Source: Halodesulfurarchaeum sp. (GTDB lineage Archaea > Halobacteriota > Halobacteria > Halobacteriales > Halobacteriaceae). From it: 64,000 nt of DNA. Numbering within the stretch: position 1 is the first letter of the stretch; the number at the start of each line of letters is the position of its first letter. The notes under the pieces were generated by a model. That model saw only the letters and a program-made list of their open reading frames with translations, searched no databases and was not told where the DNA came from. The translations under genes and the position numbers were made by a program. This document shows, one piece after another, positions 52,947 to 63,188 of this stretch. The stretch spans positions 544,001-608,000 of the forward strand of contig JAXHNL010000002.1 in the NCBI GenBank assembly GCA_034520565.1. Direction: 5' to 3'.

Positions 52947-53570
52947 ATGAGCGAGAACTTCGACAAGGAGGCCGAACGGGAGCGCCTCCGGGAGAAGTAC
53001 GAGTCCGACTCGGCGGACCGCGAGGTCACCGAACGCATGAGCCAGTTGCTTCTCCAGGGCGCGACGATGACGAACAAGCACTGTGAGACCTGCGGCTCGC
53101 CGATCTTCCGCTACCAGGGCCAGGCGTTCTGTCCGACCTGTCAGGCCGAGGCGGATGCCGAGGCAGCGGCCGGGGGCGGAGCGTCCGGCGGTGACGGAGG
53201 CGAAGCGACGGCTCGGGCGACCGACGACGAGCCATCGGGTGCTTCGACACAGACCGCAGCCGGGGACGGGACGGGCGGCCAGCCTGCCGAGGAATCGGCC
53301 GCCGCGAACGTGGGCCACGAGTCGGTCGGGGCCGCCTCGACCGGCACGGCCGAACTCGGGGGGCAGACCCAGCCATCGCCGCCGACGGGGCCCAGCGGCA
53401 GCGGGACGGCCGCCGGCTCGACCCAGACCGCCGTCAGCCAGTCTCTCGCCGAGACGATCGTCACGCTGTCCGAGCGTGCACGGGAGAGCGAGGACCCGAA
53501 CCAGTCGAAAAAACTCCTCGAGGCGGCCCGGGAGGCCGCGGAGACGCTTTCGAGATTGCAGGGACGGTAA
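52947..53570 (+). CDS. Zn-ribbon protein, Sjogren/scleroderma autoantigen 1 family
   Basis: MSQLLLQGATMTNKHCETCGSPIF..FCPTC. Confidence 0.85.
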   Translation: MSENFDKEAERERLREKYESDSADREVTERMSQLLLQGATMTNKHCETCGSPIFRYQGQAFCPTCQAEADAEAAAGGGASGGDGGEATARATDDEPSGASTQTAAGDGTGGQPAEESAAANVGHESVGAASTGTAELGGQTQPSPPTGPSGSGTAAGSTQTAVSQSLAETIVTLSERARESEDPNQSKKLLEAAREAAETLSRLQGR

Positions 53571-53571
53571 C

Positions 53572-53976
53572 ATGTCCACCGAGAAGATCCTCGTCCCCAT
53601 CGACGGGACCGACGTGGGCTTTCGGGCCCTCTCCTTCGCGACGGAACTGGCCGCGGCCTTCGACGCCTCTCTCGACGCGATTCACATCACGACCGAGGCG
53701 GGCGAGGACGCGACCGCCGTGCTCGACCGGGCCGAGCGGGTTCTCGGGACGGTCGACGTCGAGACGTCACTCGAGGTCGCCCCCGACCTCGATCTCGACT
53801 TCCGGCCGGCGGATCGGCTCGGCGAGGACATCCTCGACCTGGTCGCCGAGCGTGGCTACGATCACGTCGTGATGGGTCACGAGGAGCCACCGGGACCGGT
53901 CGAACGCGTGATTCTCGGGAGCGCCCCGGAGACGATCCTCCGGAGCGAACGCGTCAGGCTCACGGTCGTTCCCTGA
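53572..53976 (+). CDS. Universal stress protein
   Basis: ILVPIDG..VVMG..ILGSAPETI. Confidence 0.85.
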   Translation: MSTEKILVPIDGTDVGFRALSFATELAAAFDASLDAIHITTEAGEDATAVLDRAERVLGTVDVETSLEVAPDLDLDFRPADRLGEDILDLVAERGYDHVVMGHEEPPGPVERVILGSAPETILRSERVRLTVVP

Positions 53977-53997
53977 CCCGGTCCGGGTCGGGGGCGT

Positions 53998-56571
53998 CTA
54001 CCGCGGGTCGTAGTCGCTTCCGACGACCTCCCGGATCCGCTCGGCTGTCACCTCGCCGACGCCCTCGACCGCCTGGAGCGCCTCGGCGTCGGCCGTCAGG
54101 ACGGCCTCCACGCTCCCCAGAGCCTCGAGGAGGGATCTCGCGGTGATCGGGCCGATGTCGGCGATCGCGCTGATCACGTACTCCTGCTGTTCGACGAGGG
54201 TCTTCGCCTGGGACTCGCCGTGGACGCTCACCTCGCGATCCCGCTCTTCTTGCTCCCGCCTCGCGATGGTTTCGAGCAGGGCGGCGGTGTCCGCCTCGTC
54301 CCGGGTGAAAAGCACCGAGATGCCGAAATCTACCGCGAGGCTGGCGAGTGCACCCCGGATTGCGTTCGGGTGGACGTTTCGCTCTTCGTAGAGATTGCCC
54401 TCTCCTTCGACGAGGAGGACGGGGCGGCGGTAGTGACGGGTCAGGTTCCCGGCCTGGTCGAAGAGTGCCCGGTCGCCGCCGTCGAGCAGCGTCGAGAGGA
54501 AATCCGCGATGGACTTGCGCTCGACGGCGACCCGGTCCGAGAGCACGTAGTCCCCGACCTCGAGGGTCTCCAGTCGGGTCTCGATCCCCTCGCGTTTCGA
54601 GAGTTTTCGGGCGATATGTGCGTCGAGTTCCCGCTGGTCGATCACGATCTCGACGTGGTCCTCGCCGCCCGCCTCGGCGACGATCTTTTCGGCCGCAGGG
54701 TCGGCGTCGCTCCCGTCGGGTGACGGTTCGGTAGCGGTCCCGTCCGATTCTGCCGGCTCGTCGTCGGTTTCGTCCGATGCGACCGACTCGGTGGCGTTTT
54801 CGGCCGATGCTGCTCCGGCATCGCCTTTACCACGCTCGGCCGTCGATTCTGTGGCGGCTTCCGGATCGTCGTCGGATCCGTCCCCGTCCGAATCGAAGTC
54901 TCCGATACCGGACTGGCCGTTCCCCGACCCGTTCGCGGACCTGCTGGCCTCGGGTTCGCTCCCGGAACCCGAATCCGATCCGGCTCCGAACGCCTCGAGG
55001 TCGGCCTGGCCGCCGAACTCCGCCTCGAGGTCGGGAGCGACGTCCCTGAGCGCCTCGAGCTCCGCGGCCATCTCCTCTTCGCGACGCTTCGAGATCCAGT
55101 AGTAGGCCTCATCGCGGGTGTCCTCGGCCATGAGGACGACGACTTTCCCCTCGGTCTGTCTGCCGGTCCGGCCCTTGCGCTGGATCGAGCGGATCGCGTT
55201 CGGGACGGGCTCGAAGAAGCAAACCAGGTCGACCTCGGGGACGTCCAGGCCCTCCTCCGCGACCGAGGTCGAGACGAGCACCTCGAATGCCCCGGCACGG
55301 AATTCCTCGAGGACGGCGGTCTGCTCGGTCTGGGTCATGCCCGAGGACCCCTCCTTGTCCCCCTGGCCGACGAAGCGCCGAACGTCGAATCCCTCCGAGA
55401 GGAACTCGGTCAGCGCCTCGGCGGTGTCCCGGGACTCGGTGAAGACGATCACCCGGTCGCCACCCTTGATCCCCAACGTCTCCGCGAGGAGGATCCGCAC
55501 CCGGCGGAATTTGGGGTGGAGGTCGTCGAAGTTGCGGGCCTGCTCCATCGCCCGCCGGATCTCGGGATCGGAGATAAAGCGCTGACTCGCCTTCGAGGCC
55601 CCCGAGGAGCGGGCGGCGTTTTTCTGGCGCTCGAAGTACCGGTCGAGAGCGTCCACGCTCTGGGTTTCGACCAGTTCGACCGCCCGCTTGATTTTCATGA
55701 TCTCCGCGTGAACGGACATCCCCTCATAGCCCGCCGGATCGTCCCGATCGATCAACCGCTGGAGCTTCGAGCGGATCTCGTGGAGGTCCCGCTGGGAGAT
55801 TTCGGGGTCCGTGGCGTTCGTCACGCCCAACTCCGAGAGCGTTTCGAGCCGGTCCGAGAGTACCTCTTGCAGCCGATCCCGAATCTCGAGGACCTCGTCG
55901 GGGAGATCGATCCGGAGCCACTCGACGTCGGTTCCATAGGTGTACGCCGCGACGTCCGGATCCGACTCGGTCTTGACCGCGACCTGCTCCAGTCCGAGGT
56001 TCGACATGACCGTCCGGATAGCCTCCTCGTCGTCACCGGGGGAGGCGCTCATCGCGGTCACGAGCGGGTCAGTCGCAGCCTCGTGGTAGCGCTCGGCGAT
56101 GTACGCGTAGGGGTAGTCCCCTGTCGCCCGGTGGCACTCGTCGACGGTGAGGTGAACGACCGACCCGAGGTCGATCCGGTTGCCCAGCAGGTCGTTTTCG
56201 ACCACCTGTGGCGTGGCGACGATCACCCGGGCGGACTCGAACAGATCGGCGCGGTCCTCGGGCCGGGTCTCGCCAGTAAAGACGACCACGTCCTCGTTTG
56301 GGATCGCAAGCGCCTCGCGATAGAATCCCGCGTGTTGTTCGACCAGCGGTTTCGTCGGGGCGAGGAGGATCGCCTTCGAGTCGGGATGGTCGGCGAGCCG
56401 ATGGGCGGTCACGCGCAAGCTCACCGCTGTCTTGCCGAGCCCCGTGGGCAGCGAGACGAGGGTATGGCCCTCCCGGGCCCGCTCCACCAGATCAGTCTGG
56501 TAGGGCCGGGCCTCGAGGGCCCCCGGCTCGATCAGCGGGTGATCCACGGTGGTCGCCTCGCCTGCTGCCAT
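53998..56571 (-). CDS. hef: Hef helicase/ERCC4 nuclease
   Basis: PTGLGKT, DECH and QRKGRTGR; acidic linker; GDY..ERK nuclease motif and HhH. Confidence 0.95.
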   Translation of the reverse strand: MAAGEATTVDHPLIEPGALEARPYQTDLVERAREGHTLVSLPTGLGKTAVSLRVTAHRLADHPDSKAILLAPTKPLVEQHAGFYREALAIPNEDVVVFTGETRPEDRADLFESARVIVATPQVVENDLLGNRIDLGSVVHLTVDECHRATGDYPYAYIAERYHEAATDPLVTAMSASPGDDEEAIRTVMSNLGLEQVAVKTESDPDVAAYTYGTDVEWLRIDLPDEVLEIRDRLQEVLSDRLETLSELGVTNATDPEISQRDLHEIRSKLQRLIDRDDPAGYEGMSVHAEIMKIKRAVELVETQSVDALDRYFERQKNAARSSGASKASQRFISDPEIRRAMEQARNFDDLHPKFRRVRILLAETLGIKGGDRVIVFTESRDTAEALTEFLSEGFDVRRFVGQGDKEGSSGMTQTEQTAVLEEFRAGAFEVLVSTSVAEEGLDVPEVDLVCFFEPVPNAIRSIQRKGRTGRQTEGKVVVLMAEDTRDEAYYWISKRREEEMAAELEALRDVAPDLEAEFGGQADLEAFGAGSDSGSGSEPEASRSANGSGNGQSGIGDFDSDGDGSDDDPEAATESTAERGKGDAGAASAENATESVASDETDDEPAESDGTATEPSPDGSDADPAAEKIVAEAGGEDHVEIVIDQRELDAHIARKLSKREGIETRLETLEVGDYVLSDRVAVERKSIADFLSTLLDGGDRALFDQAGNLTRHYRRPVLLVEGEGNLYEERNVHPNAIRGALASLAVDFGISVLFTRDEADTAALLETIARREQEERDREVSVHGESQAKTLVEQQEYVISAIADIGPITARSLLEALGSVEAVLTADAEALQAVEGVGEVTAERIREVVGSDYDPR

Positions 56572-56620
56572 TCCTCTGGGAGTTGTTCGCTCTGGCGGTT
56601 AAGGTTTCGCGTCCGACGGC

Positions 56621-57181
56621 TCAGAGCAGGAGGAATCCGACCTGCATCGCTGCCGCCGCCCCGATCGGGATGGTGAGGTTGTCGTCGATCACGTAGCCCC
56701 CGATCGTCGGCTTGGCGCCGTCGGCGACGGTGGCCGTCGCGGCGCCCATGACCGCCGGCCCGGGCGGGATCAGGAGCAACCCGGCAATGCCCAGGCTGAT
56801 CCCGAAGGTGGCCAGTAACACGTAGCCTTGCTTGACTTCGAGGCTGCCACTCGAGAGGATCCCGCTCACCGGATCGGCAATTGTGAGCATCAACAGTGCT
56901 GGGACGGCCACCCGAGGATCGAACGCGAGGACCGTCACGGAAGCCCCAACGAGGGCGAGCGCGTACCCGGCGGGCCAGTTGGCCTCGTAGTCTCGGGTGA
57001 ACCGTTCATACACCCACAGGTCGAGGTGGCCGGAGAGCCGCAGCGCCTCCAGCACAGTCGCGATGGCCATGGCGATGAGGACGAGCCCCGTCGCCTGCGG
57101 CCACGTGATGATGTCCATCACGTAGGCGATCGGGACCAGGCTCCCGCTCGCGTGTACCAGCCGACGACCGTATTCGCTCAC
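56621..57181 (-). CDS. Dolichol/polyprenol kinase-like membrane protein
   Basis: RRLVH, ADP and IDDNLTIP; GTGA overlap with the glyS stop. Confidence 0.85.
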   Translation of the reverse strand: MSEYGRRLVHASGSLVPIAYVMDIITWPQATGLVLIAMAIATVLEALRLSGHLDLWVYERFTRDYEANWPAGYALALVGASVTVLAFDPRVAVPALLMLTIADPVSGILSSGSLEVKQGYVLLATFGISLGIAGLLLIPPGPAVMGAATATVADGAKPTIGGYVIDDNLTIPIGAAAAMQVGFLLL

Positions 57182-58917
57182 AGCTGCTCGAAGGCCAGCT
57201 CGCCGTCCCGGAGCGCGGCGAGTGTTTCGGGCAGGCCCTCGATCCCCACGCGAACCTGCTCGGTCGTGTCCCGGTCCCGCACCGTGACCGTCCCGGTCTC
57301 GAGACTCTCGTAGTCGACGGTGACACAGAACGGGGTGCCGATCTCGTCCTGGCGCCGGTACCGCCGGCCGATCGCCCCCGAATCGTCGTAGGTGACCGCG
57401 AGGCCCGCTTCTCGCAACTCCTCGGCCAGGTCCCGAGCCCGTTCGCCCAGGCCGTCCTTGTCCATGAGCGGGAAGACCCCGATGAGGGTGGGCGCCATCT
57501 CCGGAGGCAGGCGGAGTACGGTGCGCTCCTCGCCGTCGATCTCGTCCTCGTCGTAGGCGTGGACCAGGACCGCGTAGACCGCCCGGTCGATCCCCATCGA
57601 GGGCTCGATCACGTGCGGGGTGATGTGTTCCCCCCGCTCGGTGACTTCTTCGACGGCGAACCCGGTCTGCTCGACCGGAATTTCGACGGTTTCCTCCTCG
57701 AGGTCGACGCTGACGCCCTCCCCGTCGAACACCGCGGGATCGCTCTCGGCCAGCTCCTCGAGGGACGCGGCGATGTCGGCCGCCTGGGAACCGAACTCCG
57801 GCCCCAGTGCGGCCATGTCCGGGTCGACGGTGGCCCGCTCCCCGGTTCGTGGCTCGTCGTACTCCCTGAAAACCTGGTAGCGCTCGCCGGTGTGGGCCTC
57901 GTGGTGGCTGAGGTCGTAGGTGCCCCGGTTGGCGATCCCGGCGAGTTCGATCCACTCCGGTTCCGTTCCCGGTGCGCTCACGTCGGCCTCCGCGTCCCAG
58001 CAGTCACGGGCGTAGTGGGCCCGCTCGGCCGGCTGGTGCTGCCGGAACCGCAGGCGGCCGAGGTCGACCCCGATCCGGTCGTACCACTCGGTGGCGATGC
58101 CGACGTAATACCCGACCCAGGCGTCCTCGATCGGCCCCGTTTCGACGGCCTCGCCGATCGACTGGAAGCTCGGATCGCCGTCTTCCTGCTGGACCGCGGC
58201 GCTGTAGAGCGGGGCCTCGACGTCGGCGACCCGCTCCAGATCCGGCTCGTCCGAGTCGGGGTCGAAGAAGAGCTCGAGTTCGGCCTGGTTGAACTCCCGG
58301 GTCCGGACGATGGCGTTTCGCGGACTGATCTCGTTGCGGTAGGCCCGGCCGATCTGGGCCACGCCGAAGGGCAATTCGCCACGGGCGTACTCCCGGAGCC
58401 GCGGGAAGTCCACGAAGATGCCCTGGGCGGTCTCCGGTCGGAGGTAGCCCCGGTTACTCGAGCCGGGCCCGATCGCGGTCTCGAACATCAGGTTGAACTC
58501 CTCGACCGGCTCGTCGGCGAGTGCCGCTCCACAGCTCGGGCAGGTGATCCCGTGCTCGGCAAGGAGCGATTCGATCTCCGCGGGCGAGAAGGTCTCGGCC
58601 TCGGTGATGTCGGTCTGCCCCTCGACGAGGTGGTCGGCTCGATGGCTCTGTTCGCAGTCCGGGCACTCGACCAGCAGGTCGTCGAAGCCGTCGAGGTGGC
58701 CCGAAGCCGCAAAGACCGCCTCTGGGAGGATCGTCGGGGCGTCGATCTCGTCGTGCCCTTCCCGGGTCGCCCATCGCTCGCGCCAGCTTCCCTCGATCTT
58801 GGCCTTGAGCGTCGCGCCGTGAGGACCGTAGGTGTAAAAGCCCGAGACGCCGCCGTATGACGAACCGGTCTGGAAGAAAAACCCGCGGCGCTTGGCCAGT
58901 TCGGTCAGCTCCCTCAT
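57178..58917 (-). CDS. glyS: Glycine-tRNA ligase (alpha2 type)
   Basis: AKRRGF, LRPETAQG, RNEISPR, EPSMGIDR and RYRRQDEIGTP. Confidence 0.96.
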   Translation of the reverse strand: MRELTELAKRRGFFFQTGSSYGGVSGFYTYGPHGATLKAKIEGSWRERWATREGHDEIDAPTILPEAVFAASGHLDGFDDLLVECPDCEQSHRADHLVEGQTDITEAETFSPAEIESLLAEHGITCPSCGAALADEPVEEFNLMFETAIGPGSSNRGYLRPETAQGIFVDFPRLREYARGELPFGVAQIGRAYRNEISPRNAIVRTREFNQAELELFFDPDSDEPDLERVADVEAPLYSAAVQQEDGDPSFQSIGEAVETGPIEDAWVGYYVGIATEWYDRIGVDLGRLRFRQHQPAERAHYARDCWDAEADVSAPGTEPEWIELAGIANRGTYDLSHHEAHTGERYQVFREYDEPRTGERATVDPDMAALGPEFGSQAADIAASLEELAESDPAVFDGEGVSVDLEEETVEIPVEQTGFAVEEVTERGEHITPHVIEPSMGIDRAVYAVLVHAYDEDEIDGEERTVLRLPPEMAPTLIGVFPLMDKDGLGERARDLAEELREAGLAVTYDDSGAIGRRYRRQDEIGTPFCVTVDYESLETGTVTVRDRDTTEQVRVGIEGLPETLAALRDGELAFEQL

Positions 58918-59762
58918 AGGCCCCGGAGCAGGTCGACGTCCCGGACGATGCCGACGAGTTCGTCCCCGCGCTTGAGTGGCACCTGCTCGATGTCGTTGTC
59001 GAGGAGGAGTCCGGCGACCTCCCTGGCGGTCCGTCCACCGGTGACGGTCACGAGCGAACTCGACATGTACTCCCGGACCGGTTCGTTGGGGAACTCGACG
59101 TCCCGGGTCGGGAGATAGCGGTTGCCGACCGCCTTGATCCCCTCCCACATCCAGTCGTCGTCCTGGTCGGCGATGCTCTCGCCGGTGGCGTCCTCGCCCT
59201 CGACGACCCGCGCAACGTCGATGATGTCGACCTCGGTGATGATGCCGGCCATTTCGCCGTCGTCGTCGAGTGCGATCGCGTAGGGCACGTTTGCAAAGGC
59301 GATCTCCCGCTCGGCGACGGTCAGGGGGGTACCGACGTAGACCGTGTTGACGTCGTGACTCGCGAGCCCCCCGACCTCGCGTTCCCCGTCGGCGTCGCCG
59401 TCCGCGATGGCCCTGACGACGTCCGTCACCGTGATCATCCCGGTCAGGCCGCCGCCGTTGACGACCGGAACCCGCCGTTCGCCGGTCTCGACGATGAGTT
59501 CGGCCACTTCGTGGAGCGTGGCGTCACTCGTCGTCGTGGTGACGTCCTCCATGAGAATGGCCAGCTGGTCCTCGTTCGGTCTGGCGATCAGGCTCTCGCG
59601 GGAGACGAGCCCGCGGTACTGCTCGCCGTCGTCGGTTTCTTTGACGACCGGGACCGAGGAGAAGGATCGCTCCTGCAGGTACTCGAGGACGTCGTCACGG
59701 GTTCCGGGGAGCGAAACCGTGACCACGTCGGCCCGCGGCGTCATCGCGTCGGCAACCTTCAT
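58914..59762 (-). CDS. CBS-domain protein
   Basis: Four CBS repeats; coupled to glyS. Confidence 0.9.
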   Translation of the reverse strand: MKVADAMTPRADVVTVSLPGTRDDVLEYLQERSFSSVPVVKETDDGEQYRGLVSRESLIARPNEDQLAILMEDVTTTTSDATLHEVAELIVETGERRVPVVNGGGLTGMITVTDVVRAIADGDADGEREVGGLASHDVNTVYVGTPLTVAEREIAFANVPYAIALDDDGEMAGIITEVDIIDVARVVEGEDATGESIADQDDDWMWEGIKAVGNRYLPTRDVEFPNEPVREYMSSSLVTVTGGRTAREVAGLLLDNDIEQVPLKRGDELVGIVRDVDLLRGL

Positions 59763-59939
59763 GTGAGCGGCTTACAGGGTCCTTGCATATGTAGGCTACG
59801 ACAGCGAGTGGCGGAAATCTGCCACGGAACTCCCGACGATGCGAATGGTTCGACCCTTCCCGGCAAGGGGCGGGCTCCGGGCCTTGTGGGAAATCTTTCA
59901 CCAATTTTTATAACGCTTCACAATATTGGTCCTGTTGGT

Positions 59940-61775
59940 ATGGCAAATAGCCACAAACTTAACAGGCGCCGTTTTCTCGAAGCCACCGGGGCTGCAGCCC
60001 TCACCGCCAGTATGGCAGGCTGTGCGGGGGATGGGGACGGCGACGGGGAAGAGACGACGACCGAAACGGGTGACGGGGAGTATACGCCCTCGGAGACCTA
60101 TCCGTACGGGGCAAACGAGACCAACGTCGAGGAAGCACAGGCCGTGATGGAGGAGGCCGGGTACGGGCCGGACAACCGGTTCGAACTCGACTGGCTCCAG
60201 TACCAGAGCCCGGCCTGGGAGGAGATGGCCAACACCATTCGCTCCCGGCTGGACTCGGCGTACATCGACATGAACATCAGCGACGCCGACTTCGGAGCGT
60301 TGCTGAATCAGACCGAGCAGGGCAATCACATGGCCTATACGCTGGGTTGGATCGCCGACTACCCGGCACCGCAGAACTTCCTGCAGCTCATCGACCCGGA
60401 GAACACGATCTACGACGCCGAAGGCTATACGCCGAACGGCTCGCGGCTCTTCTGGTCGGAGGACGCACACGGCGATGACCGCATCCGGGAGTACATGACC
60501 GCCCAGTTCGACCGGATCCAGGACAACCCACAGACAACCGACGAAGCTCAAGAGATTCGGAACGACGCGGCCGTCAAAATGGAGCGGGCACTGTGGGATT
60601 CAGCTGGCCTGCTGCCGATCTATCACCGGGTCGACCAGCTCTTCTGGTATGACCACGTCGACTTCGACCCGCCCGGCGGAATGGGCCCATCGCGCGCAAA
60701 AGCGAACACCCATACGAGAGGTCTCGAAGGAAAGGACACGCTGAACGGTATCTCGGCCACGTTTAACTCACTCGACCCGATCGCGTCCGGGAACACGGCA
60801 AGTGGCGGCAAGGTGATGGACATGTTCGACGCCCCGTTCAATTACCACAACGGGACGACGGAGGTCCGCAACCTGCTTGTCGAGGATTATTCGGTCAGCG
60901 AGGACGCGAGGGAGTTCGAGTTCAACCTCAAGGAGGGCGTGCAGTTCCACGGAGATTACGGTGAGGTCACCGCGGACGACATGGTGTACTCGATCCGGCG
61001 GCTCGTGGAATCGCCCAACTCCACGAACACCTACTTCCCATTGAGCGTGCTGGCCATCGACCACGAGACGGACGAGGACGGGAACGTCGTTCCGGACAGC
61101 ACCGCCGTCGAGAAGACCGGCGATTACTCGTTCAGTATCACGCTCCAGGAGCCGTTTGCCTACACGTTCTCGGTCCTGGCCTATTCGGCCTTCTCGGTCG
61201 TTCCGGAGGGTATCGTCGGGGACGTCGAGGGCTACGACGGCGAGATGGAGTGGCAGGAGTTCTCCACGAACCCGGTCGGCTGTGGCCCCTTCGAGTTCGA
61301 GAACTGGGAGTCCGGGACTGGCGGGGAGTTCAGCGCGACCACGTTCGAGGACTACCACGGTCCCGCTCCCGTTATGGACCGGCTCCACGACTCGATCATC
61401 ACCGAACCGTCGGCGATTTACAACTACTTCATCAACGAAAACGCCGACGTGTCCGGGATTCCGACCTCGCAGTACGACCCCGAGTTGATGACCATCGAGA
61501 GCGAGGAAGACGGCCAAGAACTCGGAACCTACGGCCCGATCGGTGATGGCAAGACGGTCAACATGTCCGCGACCCCGTCGATCAACACCTTCTTCGTCGG
61601 ATTCAACATGGAGAAGGTGCCAAAGGCGGTTCGCCAGGCGATGGCCTACGTCATCAACCACGAACAGTTCATCACGAACGTCTTCAAGGAACGCGGTGCG
61701 GGCGCGTTCCACCTGACCCCACCACAGGCGTATCCGGGTGGCGCGGACGGGTACTACGAGAACGTCCCCGAATAA
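59940..61775 (+). CDS. dppA: Peptide ABC transporter substrate-binding Tat lipoprotein (family 5), apparently circularly permuted
   Basis: NRRRFL Tat motif and MAGC lipobox; SBP-5 motifs LDP, LKEGVQFH, VGCGPF, VRQAMAY, EAGY and GWIADY, but in non-canonical order. Confidence 0.88.
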   Translation: MANSHKLNRRRFLEATGAAALTASMAGCAGDGDGDGEETTTETGDGEYTPSETYPYGANETNVEEAQAVMEEAGYGPDNRFELDWLQYQSPAWEEMANTIRSRLDSAYIDMNISDADFGALLNQTEQGNHMAYTLGWIADYPAPQNFLQLIDPENTIYDAEGYTPNGSRLFWSEDAHGDDRIREYMTAQFDRIQDNPQTTDEAQEIRNDAAVKMERALWDSAGLLPIYHRVDQLFWYDHVDFDPPGGMGPSRAKANTHTRGLEGKDTLNGISATFNSLDPIASGNTASGGKVMDMFDAPFNYHNGTTEVRNLLVEDYSVSEDAREFEFNLKEGVQFHGDYGEVTADDMVYSIRRLVESPNSTNTYFPLSVLAIDHETDEDGNVVPDSTAVEKTGDYSFSITLQEPFAYTFSVLAYSAFSVVPEGIVGDVEGYDGEMEWQEFSTNPVGCGPFEFENWESGTGGEFSATTFEDYHGPAPVMDRLHDSIITEPSAIYNYFINENADVSGIPTSQYDPELMTIESEEDGQELGTYGPIGDGKTVNMSATPSINTFFVGFNMEKVPKAVRQAMAYVINHEQFITNVFKERGAGAFHLTPPQAYPGGADGYYENVPE

Positions 61776-62094
61776 GGAAGACGCGAACATTTCGATAGGG
61801 ACACTCCGAGATCTCGCTTTCGTTTCGCCGAACCACGTGCCCCTTCGTGTGGCGTAATCTACTTAACTGATCCAAAAAGATAATCGGTGTCAAGATATGC
61901 CCCGTCAGGTCTCTCGCCCTTCGAACGGCCCCGCCGGGGTCGTTTGGTCCTGCCGTTCTCGGAAGACGATATCGCGTCTCGGGTCTGTGGGACGGAATCG
62001 ACCCGAACGCGAAGCGAATCGTGGACGCCGTCGCTTCGACCTGGCCGTCGGTACGGCGGCAGATCGCCCGCTTTTCCTGCTGTAACCTGAATGC

Positions 62095-63186
62095 ATGAAT
62101 CGCCTCATCTACCTCTTCAAACGTCTCGGGCTCGGCGTTCCGGTCATGCTGTTCGGGCTCACCATCGCCTTCATGGTGATGTATCTGGGCCCGATCGATC
62201 CGGTGTTGACGATTCTGGGCCGTGACGCCGAGCCGATGGCCGCCCGACAGCTGCGAATTCAGCTCGGCATCATCTATCCGAACGGGGACCCGGTTCCGCT
62301 CTGGGACCAGTACCGGATCGTTCTCACCGATCTGTTCACGTTCAACTTCGGTCAGTCCTGGACGATGCAACGGGGCACGTCGGTCGGTCACCTCATCATC
62401 AGGCGCATGCCCGCGACGATCTGGATGGGCTTCTGGTCGGTCGTCATCGCCCTGCTCTTCGGGATCCCGATCGGGCTGTTCGCCGGCCTGCGCTCGAATA
62501 CCTGGTCGGATTACATCTCCTCGGGCTTCGGGATCATCTGGCGGGCGATGCCGAACTTCTGGCTCGCCGTAATGCTGGCGGGTCTCCTCTCGGCTGGTGG
62601 TGCCTTGAGCGCCTACCGGGATTGGTGGATACAGACCGACGTGATCGGGACGCCTGACGCGGTATACCACCTGTTCTCTGCGGTGCACCTCTTCGACGGT
62701 ATCCCCCTGCTGGAGGCGTTGTGGCTGCCCATTCCCAACATCGATCCGATGTTGACCTCCTTCAAGTGGATCCTCCCTGCGGCGTTGGTGCTCGGCTCGG
62801 CGTCGATGGGTAACGAGATCCGTATCGGTCGGACCGCCGTGCTCGAGAGCATCAATTCGAAGTACGTCGAGACCGCCCGGGCGAAGGGACTCTCCGAACG
62901 TCGAATCATCGGCAAACACGTGGGTCGGAACGCTGTCGTCCCGCTCCTTCCGGTCATCATGGGCGAATTTTACCTGCTGATCGGGGGCTCGGTTCTCGTC
63001 GAAAAGGTCTTCTCGATCAACGGGCTGGGGAACATGTTCTTGCGGTCGGTTCTCGGCCCGGACATCCCGCTCGTGATGGCACTCGTGTTCTTTTTCATCA
63101 TCTTCCAGATCCTCTTTAACATCACACAGGACCTGCTATACACGTTCATCGACCCCCGAATCACCCTGGAGGCTGCAGAGAGGTAA
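62095..63186 (+). CDS. dppB: Peptide ABC transporter permease
   Basis: FNFGQSW, MPNFWLA, YVETARAKGLSE and VEKVF. Confidence 0.92.
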   Translation: MNRLIYLFKRLGLGVPVMLFGLTIAFMVMYLGPIDPVLTILGRDAEPMAARQLRIQLGIIYPNGDPVPLWDQYRIVLTDLFTFNFGQSWTMQRGTSVGHLIIRRMPATIWMGFWSVVIALLFGIPIGLFAGLRSNTWSDYISSGFGIIWRAMPNFWLAVMLAGLLSAGGALSAYRDWWIQTDVIGTPDAVYHLFSAVHLFDGIPLLEALWLPIPNIDPMLTSFKWILPAALVLGSASMGNEIRIGRTAVLESINSKYVETARAKGLSERRIIGKHVGRNAVVPLLPVIMGEFYLLIGGSVLVEKVFSINGLGNMFLRSVLGPDIPLVMALVFFFIIFQILFNITQDLLYTFIDPRITLEAAER

Positions 63187-63188
63187 CG

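Noticed and set aside
54660-55010. Acidic low-complexity segment in Hef
   Set aside because: Known disordered linker between the helicase and nuclease domains.
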